A stretch of DNA of 63,713 nt, counting the filler, from Phoronis australis (taxonomy: Eukaryota > Animalia > Phoronida), in NCBI GenBank assembly GCA_002633005.1. It is 4 parts of 4 records of this genome, joined end to end, with 100 filler letters (N's around TTAATTAATTAA, not from the genome) between each part and the next. Parts side by side here need not be neighbours in the genome. Positions count along the whole stretch, not along the records: positions 36,218 to 57,371 come from NMRA01001416.1; positions 57,472 to 63,713 come from NMRA01000629.1; 2 more parts are not named here. One strand, given 5' to 3'. Below are positions 50,811 to 61,929 of this stretch, piece by piece (position 1 is the first letter of the stretch; the number at the start of each line of letters is the position of its first letter). Below the pieces are notes generated by a model, which saw nothing but the letters and a program-made list of their open reading frames with translations, was not told where the DNA came from and did not search any database. The position numbers and the translations under genes were made by a program.

Positions 50811-52830
50811 TGCATCCACGGTAATTTGTCAAGTATATCCAACATTTATCCAGAACACCAGTTATGCCGATCCAAATCATGGCAGCTCTGTCGAAACTAA
50901 TTTACAAAAGGTAATTCATCTGTTTCACATGGATTTAACAAAACATAACCATGACTGGATTAAGTTCTTAACATTTGATACCCAACAGGTTTTTTCTTGT
51001 TCAGGAAGTTCAGACTGAACATTACAGCAAAATTTTACGTATCTGTTTTCCTGAGCTTTCACAAGTGTTGACCAGTATTTAATTATTGTAACATATTACA
51101 GTGATGTAATTAATCTCCGACCAAGCTCTCCGTGCGGTTCAACGTTTGATTCACTGGGCCCAAAGTCCAACAGAAATTTCAAAAATTTGTTATGAGCTAT
51201 TTCTAGGTTAGCTCCGCTTCATGCCATTTTCATACATGGATTGTAAAACAGTTAAAACTTCACCATTTATACCATACTTACTCATTCGGTAATTCAGGTC
51301 AAACCGCCATACCTAGTCGAAAGCCTTTTGGAAGTCTACGAAACCTGCTTCTGCTTTATGAAATGGTCTGATTTTTATAGTATTTAGAACAAACACATTC
51401 TCTATTGTAGAATATCAATTCCGGAACCCAGTTTGATTTTCATCAACTACGTCACTGAATAGTACTTGCGAGGGTATTTTACTTACGACTTCACTAGTGT
51501 TATACGCCTGTAGTTTTCTGGCGAAACTCTATTACCTTTAATTTTAAACAGCCCTGGCCTGATTGTTCCTAACTGCCCCAATTCAGACAACGTACTGTTT
51601 AAATTACCCTATGACTCCACATCACTGGGTAAATTGCATGCATTCAAAATGCGATTGAAAAATAAATAAAATAAATTAATATTAAAAGCATTAAACTGAT
51701 TCAGACTTTTTAATTCGAGATTCAATGCATTTCTCCAGGCGCCGAAAAGTGAGGTTATCCGTCACCCTCTTTCTTCATTTTTGGGAACTGCGCTATACGT
51801 GGTATAAGTTGAGACAAGCACGTCGGAAAGAAGCTCACAGCTCTAAAGAATGAGTTTAAGTTACAACTTTTGTAAAGTTAAAGTAGTAATTTCCCAATCC
51901 TTCACTTGTTACTACTTTTCAAAACACCTCAAATGTGAAAGAAAAAATGGGACAAATACTGTAACCGGAAGCAGTGTTAGCTGGGACAACTCAGGTACAT
52001 ATCTCGTCTATTGTACCCAAAATTCATCGCAAATCTCCAAACGTCTCCGCTTTACGTAACGGACATCTGTTACGTGAAGCAGGGACCGTGAAACATCTTG
52101 CACGGCGATAGAATCACGTTTGTTAACGTATTCTCTAACAGATTTGTAGTATTGTGGATAATGAGTCAGCAAATTTGTAAAAGAAACAATTAGGCAAATG
52201 AACAACGAACAAATCGACCACTTTTAAAGATTGTGTTCTATTTGTAACCAAGGAGAAGTAGAAACCGATCGAGTCATTTTTTTTTGATGTTTTAACGGAT
52301 TTGAGATCCATTTACTTGAAACTAGGATCTATTAGTGATGATTTGAAAATGTTCTTCAATACGGAACATCGTCTGAAAGAACTGGCAAATTTACTATCAC
52401 AGCATACGGAATACGAAATGAAATGACGAGTTTTAACGGCTTCGGTGGATACACACCCCTGTTAAGTAAGATATTGTCATCGCACAATGTCTTAACTATA
52501 GCTAACCACTTTTCTGAAACTGGCTAGTCCTAAATCATAAAGTAGCTTTAACATAGAAAAACTGTGTGTCATCAGCAAGCTTAGACTACAACACTTTTCA
52601 CAAACAATTAATCGACCAAACACTTTTAATGTCCAAGTACGAGACATGCCATTTAATATATTGGAAAATAAAAACTATGTTTGAGATAATGCTTTGAAAG
52701 GAAATCCACATATTTCATCAACATATCATATTTCCTCGCCTCGCTAGAGCCAAATTATCTGCTTAGTTAGTTTGCCAAATCAGACTTGTACGTCTGAAAC
52801 AAAGTAGGGTATTTAACTTCCTTTCCACTT

Positions 52831-52995
52831 CAGGGGCGGATCTAGGATTTTTAGTTAGGGGGGGGGGCAGAGCAGAGTATTAGCCAGGATTTTGTCCGTC
52901 AGAAGTTAGCACCCCCGAATTGTCAAATGGAATTTGGGAGACTTAGTGGGGTGGGGTCATGGCCCCTTGCGGGCTCCCTTCTAAATCCGCCGCTG
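52831..52995. mobile_element. hAT-like MITE, 5-bp TSD CACTT/TACTT (one mismatch)
   Basis: cactt|CAGGGGCGGATCTAG...CTAAATCCGCCGCTG|tactt. Confidence 0.75.
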
Positions 52996-53859
52996 TACTT
53001 ACTATTCAAAAACCTGCTGTGGTCTGCCAGTTATTCCAAATTCCAGAAATAAAAAGAGTGTGGTAATTAAGAATTTAAACTGCTTTTAATTGACTAAGAT
53101 ATTACTGAAGTTAACTGTTACTAGCTGAAGCGCTCACATCCTGAGTGCAGTTTAGAAGGGACTAGCTGGTTTGCCCCTATGCTTTCCATAATTAAATTGT
53201 GCACTGTATGTTGTTCGTGGTAGTAACAACGAGTTCTACAACGCTAAGGAACATTTATAGCGATCTCAAAGGGGTCAGTATCGCGGTGGTCTTGATTTTG
53301 GTTTTCATACAGAGTCGGAATTTGTTACCTCATGGACTAACAAAATGTAGGCCTACTGATGCCATTAAAAAAGATAATACACGAAATGAAACTACACAGT
53401 AAAATTTGAAGACTGGGTCACAAATTTGTAAGGTTAAAGTAGTAATTTCCTCAATCCTCCACTCTACGACTATTTTTAAAACACCACTTGTGCACTCGTG
53501 AACTCAAACCCGGCCAGTAACACCGGCGCCGGACGGCTCGGGGAACTGAGAGAGCCAGCGCTCATCTTTCAGCGCTCTCTGGTGTCGAAGTTAGGTCAGT
53601 TTGTTTCCCCTGATCTTGACCCATTTATCAGCCAGCGGTCAACAACAAGCGAGTAGGCTAAAACAGCGTGGACCTAGTTGTTCATAGAAAACGATTTTGC
53701 ATGCATGTAAAAACTCTGCTGTCGAAGGTTTTCATATTTTGCACAGGTAAGAGAAAGAGAGAGAATGTATTTCTGGTGCAGATTATTTGAAAGACTGCAT
53801 GATTGTTTCAACGAGTTCATTGACCTGAGGCTGAGACTGAGTGATGATTGACCAAGTTT

Positions 53860-54140
53860 ACTTGGCCTGGCAGAGCAGTCAGAGAGAAAAAGATACGTAT
53901 TAAGCTAAATCTTTCCGACTTTTTATTGGGCAGTGCCTTTTTCGTTTGATAGGGTCTGAGAGGGCAGCTAAGATTACAGGAAAAAACATTCTTTCCTAGA
54001 ACAGTCGCGGACTGGAATAGCTTGCCGGGCTGCATTACATCAGATCAGTCCCTTCTCTTAATATATTTGTGAGCAAGCTGTCTGCCTTTCTGAAGTAACA
54101 TAGTGGGGTGCCTCCATTTGGGGCACCCACTTACTTACTG
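53860..54140 (+). mobile_element. CR1/L2-group LINE 3' fragment
   Basis: TFFPRTVADWNSLP at 53986-54027 is the typical (S)FFPR...WNSLP end of ORF2. Confidence 0.7.
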
Positions 54141-54443
54141 ACTGCCTTATTTGTTAACGACATAACGCTAAATCGTTGTGAGAAACCGTGCGGAGTTGGT
54201 ATATGCCTATGGTGCAACTCCGGACGGTCAGGGGTCAACAGAAAACCACATTTCCACTGTGAGTCTACACCAATGTGATAAACGAGAGTAGTTCTACTTG
54301 CTGTGTCAGCTGCAGGTATGCTTATCTCTTTTATGACACGTGTGTGACTGGGCAAAGCGTTTTCAAAATAATGTGGATAAATCAGTAGAGCGTGAGACCC
54401 CTGAAGTCCCTGTCAAGTCCTCACGACAATTCTACGTTATGAG

Positions 54444-54770
54444 ATATAGCTATGTTAACCGACCCCTGAAATGACGTCCACTATGTCATAGTGGCACTAT
54501 GACTATGTATATAGCTATGTTAACCAACCCCTGAAGTGACGTCCACTATGTCATAGTGGCACTATGACTATGTATATAGCTATGTTAACCAACCCCTGAA
54601 GTGACGTCCACTATGTCATAGTGGCACTATGACTATGTAATAGCTATGTTAACCAACCCCTGAAGTGACGTCCACTATGTCATAGTGGCACTATGACTAT
54701 GTATATAGCTATGTTAACCAACCCCTGAAATGACGTCCGCTATGTCATAGTGGCACTATGACTATGTATA
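54444..54770. repeat. Minisatellite, 65-bp unit, 5 copies, palindrome-rich
   Basis: Unit atatagctatgttaaccaacccctgaagtgacgtccactatgtcatagtggcactatgactatgt; near-identical copies with no spacers. Confidence 0.95.
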
Positions 54771-55277
54771 GGCCCTACGCTGCCACCATATATCCTTTTT
54801 TAAAACCTGTTATAATACTCTGGAGAGAGTCTGTGTAGTCACACGTCGCTACATTAACCAAGAAGAAGAAGATAATGAGCTGCAGGTCACCTTAGCGACT
54901 TGGGCTGAAATTTGGAAATGCGAGCTGAGATTTTGGCCAGCTCTTATCAAGTCGAAAAATCCGACTTGGAATTTCCAGCGTATGCAAGCTGAGTTTTTAC
55001 ACTTCTGGGCAGATACCTGGCGTGCCTTGCTATGTCTCAAACTCAGTCTGTGACTCGACGAAGGCTCTCTTTCTCTACAGCGGTCTGTTGTCTCACCCAA
55101 AGTATTAGTCACACATGTCAATTTAACGGGGTTTACATGGAATTTTCCGAATATATGGTGAAAGTTGACGAGGTTTGCACAATCTTGAAACGTGTCAGAC
55201 TTTAATGAATGTTATTATTTGTTAAATAGTTCACTATCCTTTTAACTAGTTTAGATTCCTGGATCATTTCTTTGTAG

Positions 55278-55450
55278 ATGGCCGATAGAGGCAGGAGATC
55301 CTCTCGTCTTGAAAAGAAGCGGAGTCATGTGTTTCAGATGCCTAGCAGGGAGGAGCGATTAGCAGCAACTGGGAGTAGTATTAGCCCCGGGGGTGGGGCC
55401 AGACTGAGCGATATTTCACCCTTGAAGAAAGTCAGCAACCTCACAAGAGT
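55278..55450 (+). CDS. Uncharacterised acidic nuclear protein, first coding exon
   Basis: ttctttgtag|ATG; MADRGRRSSRLEKKRSHVFQMPSREERLAATGSSISPGGGARLSDISPLKKVSNLTR plus GT|gtaagt; 173 nt (phase 2); not in the ORF track. Confidence 0.65.
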
Positions 55451-56134
55451 GTAAGTTGGCATATAACACCTTTTTGGTTTGCTAAATTGTCTTATGTAGT
55501 AGTATCTTAAGGCCAAAGAAACTTGCTAGTCTGTCTTCTTTGAAAATTGAGTTGATGGTGTAGTATTTTTCAATTATAATGCTCAATTTTTCAAATATTA
55601 AATCCACCCAGGACGAGCAAAAAATGATGTGGTACATGTTTTTTTGTTGTTTTTTAATCATTGCTTGGCAAATCATGGCATTTTTCGTCTTGCTTTCCTT
55701 TGTGTGCATGCCTTTGTTAGCTTTTCAAAAAAACAACATCCATTTGGCCTAATTGGGACTTCCTGTGACTTCACATCAGGCTTAAAATTGCTGTAACCAG
55801 GTTTGGCCCAAAAGGCAGTTAAATTTAAGATTAAACCAAAACTTTTGTTATACATCACAGCGAATTTTGATCTTTGATTTGGGTACTTTGTTCATAGAAA
55901 AAATTTGCCAATCAAATGCCAGTGATATAAACGTTTTGTGGAAAATATCAAAACTTTGTCAAACATCTCGTCCAGTTTTACCTCCAAACTCTATTACTAT
56001 AAAACCAATTAAAAATGTTAAAAAACAAGAAATCAGCATGCAATTTTAACTAAACCCTGTTTTGATGATGTTAACAAATTATTTGTTGCCTGCTGTTTTT
56101 TGTGTCTGATATTTGTGACCCTTTGGTATTTCAG

Positions 56135-57246
56135 TACTAACCGGTACAACGCCGACAGTGTAGATGTATATGATAGTGGGTCAGATGTGGAAGATTTCAT
56201 CAACGACGGCGATAGCACCTCGGGTAGCCAGTCGGATAATAATTCAGCCAGCAGCTTTGAGACCAACAGTTGTGAACCACCTGTTAAGAAACGCAAACGT
56301 CGACGTTTCTCGCGTATCCAGAAACCTTCCTCAGGTTCTGACAGCGAACAGGAAGTGAGCGTGCAGACAAGTAGTGTCAAACAAGATGGTGAAAACAATG
56401 AGAAACTTGCAACATGCGTGGCCAATCTATCGTGTTCTGACGATACACAGGCTATGGTCGTGAAAACAGCTACCAACCGATGTGACGATGCTGATGATTC
56501 CGCTTTGGATTTAGGCACATCACCAGATAAGTACCCACAATGTTTGAGCTCCAGTGGTATTTCAGCCGGACATTCACCTACGCAGGCACTATCATCTGAC
56601 ATTGATGATGAAGACGTAAATTGCAGCACTCACCACAAAGTAGGTGGCGCTTTGGCTTCAGGTTCCGAAACTGAGTATGACGACAGGCCTGTATCATGCA
56701 AACCGGGTGGGGTTGTTGTATTCAGGCATACATCGTGTTCAAACAGTTCTTCGGAGAACGGGGACCCGTATGCCTTCGGTGGTTTAAATCATTATAGGCG
56801 TAAGTCANGAGGTGATGCGCGCGCTCACCCCATCTGTTGTGTCAGAAATGGGCAGAGAGTTTGAAGAAAGCGATAGCGATAATGCAATAGAATGTAAAGA
56901 CAGTCATGAAACAAAATGTGAAGCAAAATGTGAAACAGAGAAAAGGAGCAAGGACCTTGACAGCGATGAAGATGATGTAGTGGTTCAGAAAGCCAAAAAC
57001 ACTTCATTGTGTATTAATTCCGAGTCCGAAGACTCTGATGCTGTTATGCGCTCTGGTGGAAGAAGGTCTTCGGGTCACGTGGGTCAGATCGGGTCGTCAG
57101 GCAGTGAAGATGAAAAGGAGGTTACGCCTCAAAGACCTAGATCTAAACGAGCTTCACGATTGTCGGCAAAGAAGGAAAAATGGAAGGATGGGGCATTTGG
57201 TGCATTGCAAGAGGAGAGGAAACGCAGACGAAAGGAGTCTGAGTAG
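56135..57246 (+). CDS. Uncharacterised acidic, Ser-rich protein with NLS, second exon (interrupted by n at 56808)
   Basis: ggtatttcag|T completes GTT and enters the frame TNRYNADSVDVYDSGSDVEDFINDGD..PPVKKRKRRR; after the n an acidic frame continues to a basic end, KKEKWKDGAFGALQEERKRRRKESE*. Confidence 0.65.
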
Positions 57247-57371
57247 AGTTGAATATCTGTGATAACAATAGTGCAAGTATTTAGTATAGTGATGGATTTG
57301 CAATGGTATTTTTTCTATATTTACACAAAAGTTATTGACGAACTTGTTAATAAGTTTCAGGGGCTGATCTA

Positions 57372-57471
57372 NNNNNNNNNNNNNNNNNNNNNNNNNNNNN
57401 NNNNNNNNNNNNNNNTTAATTAATTAANNNNNNNNNNNNNNNNNNNNNNNNNNNNNNNNNNNNNNNNNNNN
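57372..57471. other. Artificial scaffold-joining linker
   Basis: N44-TTAATTAATTAA-N44. Confidence 0.97.
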
Positions 57472-59011
57472 TCCAGTTATTTCACCACAACTGTCAACAT
57501 TTGAAAATTCCTCTGAGAGGGAAGACTGCTTGTAATGAAAGCTTAGGTACTCCAAATAGGTCGAAACAGGATTTTTATAGTTGCTCCGGGTTGTTTTAGC
57601 GACCACTGAGGCAAGTTTTGAAAGGTGCATTTAGCTAAAAATATTGAAGATGCAATTGTATTCCTTTTAGCCTGAAAATCATGTACTAAAACATAAAATT
57701 TTCTCAATCAGCATCGTGGCATGAAAAGTGTTGGATCTTGTCTTAACTTTATGGCATTTCGAAGCCGTGGCATTGCTATATATCAAAATTGATGGTCTTC
57801 CAGGTTTTAGTAGAGAACTTACATTTTGATTAATTGACGACATCTTTTGTTTTGCGTGCTGCTTGCACACAATGAGGGTAGCATGAATATGTGAGTGGCC
57901 ATCTTTCCAAGTTATTTTGAATGGTGAAAATAAATACTTTGGGGAAAGGCTATTTATGGCAAATATAATTCTTGTGTTTACGGATTTAGTTGCATATAAT
58001 TGTAATATTTACAGGCAAATTTTTCCAATGGAAACGAGGGGGACCAACCATCATTCTGGCTGCGCACGTCTTTGCCAAAGATCCATAAGTCGCATCTGAT
58101 GGAGGAGTCAACCCTGTTAGGACCCAGCTTCTAACTGACATCGATGAATTTGCCGAAAGGTCTTAGCGATATTACAAACAAAAAGCCAGCAAAGCATTAT
58201 ATGTTACCCATGAATGTATTGCTCCTGGTCATATTGATGTTCTGAAGAATGTCTCTCACCTCAGCAAATTAAATATTTTCCCGTTTAGCAGCACTCAATC
58301 GTTCTGGGAAACTCGCACAATTTGATGCCTTTGGAATGAAAAGAATCGCTGAGGAAGACCGTCGATTTGAACTGTGACAAAAGATTGTTGAGTTAATGGA
58401 ATTGCCGCAGTGGCACATTTCATGTACATAAGACTCAGAGACATTTGAAATACAGTGTGTCAAAAGTAGTCAGACAAAATGCTATTTCCATTTCGTGACG
58501 TGTCTTCTATGCTGACTAAAGGTGTCTCATTGTACACCTGATTTGCTCGCATTTTGTAAATGTGACCACATTTGTTCTTTTCTATTTACTTGATTTATGG
58601 CGTGTAATTTGCCTGTGTCCTATATCAGCCTCAATATAGTATTATTATTCTCTAAACTACTTTGGTTTTTGTTTAATATTTGGCTATCTTATCGTTTTGC
58701 TACATAAGTACAGTATAACCTGCTCTGTTGCATCTCTATGTCTAACACAATAAACAATAATTTAAATCAGGACAGTTTTTAAATATTGCCCAACTCTATT
58801 CCAAAATCTCTTTGCAGGATTACCCAACTTCACCTATATGCAGTCTGAATGTTTACTTTGTGTGTTTTATTTTCGTTTTTATGCTCATGAATTGTCTTAT
58901 GATTTTTCAATGAAGTAGCTGACACTACATGTATTAGTCTCGAGACTTCTGAATTTTTTGGAGTCTGACTGATGGCACGCACCAAACACCATTGCATACC
59001 TATACTAAACT

Positions 59012-59322
59012 CGGGCGGATCCAGGATTTTGAGTGGGGGGGCAGGGCACAGAATTTCGCCACATCCGCGCGCCAGCCCTATAATCTAGGGATGCAGGGGT
59101 CTCGAATTTTTGGGTTTGTAGTAGTAGTAGTAGTAATACACTTTATTCACTTATTACTAAAAAATCCGGTAAACGGGGTTTGTGCATTGTGCATTCACCC
59201 ACGGAGCCCCCTGGGTGAGCGCATATGCTAATTAGCAATTAGCACCCCTAACTGACAAATGGTATCTGGGAGAATTTTAGGGGGGCATGGCCCCCTTGGC
59301 CCCCTCCTGGAATCCGCCATTG
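59012..59322. mobile_element. hAT-like MITE, 5-bp TSD AAACT
   Basis: aaact|CGGGCGGATCCAGG...CCTGGAATCCGCCATTG|aaact. Confidence 0.8.
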
Positions 59323-60909
59323 AAACTGAGATAGATGCAAAAAACATCTGAACTGATTTTTCTGCTATCTTGCGAGTGAAATACTCGGTTTCCTACAAAC
59401 ATTCCGCAAATACATCATTCTATGCGTTGTCGGTGAAAACTAAAAAACATTGGTATCCATAATGCGAGAATATTCAGACATCCATATGTACATCTGGGCG
59501 TGTGCTGTTCGGGGACTTTCCCGAATGAGAAGCATAAGAAAAGTTATTCAACAACACCAATTTCACCGGTAGTCGACTATCCTTATAAGATCAGTTTTTC
59601 TAACCTCATTTCACAGCATTTAACCAATACCATTTCAATACATCTCTTTTTTATGACTAACTACTTTGCTGTCTGATTTGTTCGGGTTTGGTGATATACA
59701 ATGTATGGAGATGCAGTTGTCTCCTAACGGCCCAATACACCCATTATTTTTTTTATAAAATTTGTTGAATTGAGATGCGTCGGGACACGATCAACCGACT
59801 TCGAGAACATTAGAAAACTAAATTTCAATCAGACCCACACATTAAAATTTCAGAATTCAAGTTCCTAGTTATGTATAACAGAAGACTTTAGAGATTTTTT
59901 ACTCAACCATAATGCGTGTTGAAACGGTGAGTATATGCACATGCTATTGGCATCGTTATCGTCAGGGTCAAAGGAAACCAACGTGCCTTGTTGTGCTTCT
60001 CATTATTTTCTGTAAAGTAGCAAAATTAAAGTTCTCTTTATATGTTCGATCGCCTATTTTAAGATTTCAAAACTGTATTTTGAATCTTCGCATACATTTG
60101 TTACTATGCAGACATTGGCCAGTTGCATAATTTTGGTGAGGTGCCCTAATTCTAGAGCCCAAAGCGGTATGAAGAAGGGTGATTGCCTAGACTTTTTATG
60201 GTTTTATTTTGTAGAGCTAAGATCAATCCAAACACTGGTTGTAGTTTTGTTGTTTTAAATTTGGCTTCAGCTGAAATATTGAGGCAGGAAGTAGGGCAAT
60301 TTTCAACATTTTGGAATCACCACAAACTAGCCAAACTGGTAGCCTTCAAAAACGGTTAAGATGTAACTGAAACCTTGACATTTTCCATGACTGGCAAGTT
60401 GAAAGACACCCCAATTCAGTGATGAACTTGAAGTGTTTCGTTTTGCGCTATTGTTCTCAAGGTAAGTTCGCAAAAAGTGCCAAAATGTAGCTGTAACGAG
60501 GCTTGGAATTGGCAGAAAAACAACACGTTCCCATAGCAACCACAAGGTGGCGAACGCAAAAAATAATGTTGGTATGAAGGTTGGGGCATCAACCCCTACC
60601 ATCATGCAAACAATCGAGGAAATCCGTGACATAGCCTTTATCACTTTTTGCCTGGTCCATTCGTGGACGTGCTCTTAAGTTCATTTTTGTAAGGGAGCCC
60701 CCCTGCAGTGCACGGCCTAAGGACCATTGAAAAACTTGAACTGAATAAAAGGAGAATGCCACCCGATTTAATTAGTCTTTTTTGCCTTATTAATTGGTCT
60801 ATATCCACATCGCCTCGCACGCAGTCGACCTTATCTTGCCAAGAGGTGTCTCGTTAACCTGTGAGGAAGGTGATAAACGACGCTAGCGACGTCAGTGGTT
60901 CATGCCGCT

Positions 60910-61100
60910 ATGTTGCGGTGCATCATTCCCGCTTGTGCGAGGTATGCAGCTGCGAGGAAAGCGGGAATATCGTTATTTCGACTTCTTCGAGAGTCCGAAA
61001 TGTTCAGGAAGTGGATTGCAGTAGTGAAGAATGAAAAGTACGTTGTAAATAGCAAGTATGAGGCCGTGGAACATCTCCTTGTCTGTGGCCTGCAGTGGTC
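60910..61100 (+). pseudogene. THAP domain remnant (N-terminus of the Kolobok transposase)
   Basis: MLRCIIPAC.....KAGISLFRL....FRKWIAVV....LLVCGL has the C..C, SLFRFP-like, KW and VC motifs; truncated. Confidence 0.7.
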
Positions 61101-61114
61101 GACAGCCGCGTGAG

Positions 61115-61313
61115 TGCCTGACGAAACCCAGCTTGACAAATAACTATCCCTACGTTCCGTTGTCAGAGCTTGTTCACGGCGCCTCTTTAGTATTTCTTCG
61201 TCACTGTATTCCTGTTCGAACTGATAGCCTGTGAAACCTAACGATGCACTTGCGAAGTCTTCGTAGGGACTGATGAGCTCTCGTCTAAGTCGCGGGGGAT
61301 TGCAAGTTGCCAT
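61115..61313 (-). pseudogene. N-terminus of a convergent accessory ORF (KolX / P2X7-ballast-like)
   Basis: aacATGGC start; ..GFTGYQFEQEYSDEEI.. resembles the YxFEPxxSDEE leader of these proteins; breaks off where the THAP remnant ends. Confidence 0.5.
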
Positions 61314-61680
61314 GTTGACGTTTATTACTGAGCGTTCTGTTTCAAAATGAATTATTCTCACCCTAACCAATACTTATATTAAACTGAAACAACGTCTGTC
61401 TCATTAGATGCAATTTGTAATGCCTTTGAAGTGTTCCTGAGTGCAAACATGATTTGAGAAGCCAGCAATGAATAAATCACTGCGTTGCCGGCTTTTGAAT
61501 TGCAATAAAATTAATTGACGGGACACCGAGGCCGTGTGAGCTCATGCTTTTTTAGTGTTAGATAGCAGAAACTGTTGTGAAACAACTCGATTTCCATCCC
61601 ACGGCCAGATGTTAGGGGAATCTTTATTTATATTTACATTATTCAAATAATGATTGTCAATGTACAGCTTCTGCCCTGAC

Positions 61681-61929
61681 CATGTGCGCCCCCAGGGGGG
61701 CTCGGGGGCTCGAACGAGCTAGGGCAAAGTGGCGAAGTGGGCAAAAAGGTCCGCCTCTGGGAAACAAAAAGTCCGAGAAAATGAGACTAAAGTCCTCTAA
61801 ATAAGCACAATCACGAAATTCAAAGTGGTGTCCCCGTTTTTTTAGCTCACCCGCTTTTTTGTTACCTAAAGGTCCACAACGTCAGAAATTCGAGCCCTCC
61901 CCCCATATTGAAGGCTGGGTGTGCGCATG
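61681..61929. mobile_element. hAT-like MITE nested in the Kolobok element, 5-bp TSD CTGAC
   Basis: ctgac|CATGTGCGCCCCCAG...CTGGGTGTGCGCATG|ctgac. Confidence 0.75.

Noticed and set aside
54444-54770. CRISPR array
   Set aside because: The units are palindromic but contiguous and near-identical, with no variable spacers and no cas genes, in a eukaryotic context
56160-56310. Viral (papillomavirus E1-like) N-terminus from DSGSDVEDFIND plus NLS
   Set aside because: Generic acidic motif, no helicase domain follows, and the gene is spliced like a host gene
56033-56629. 198-aa minus-strand ORF
   Set aside because: Antisense shadow of the low-complexity plus-strand exon
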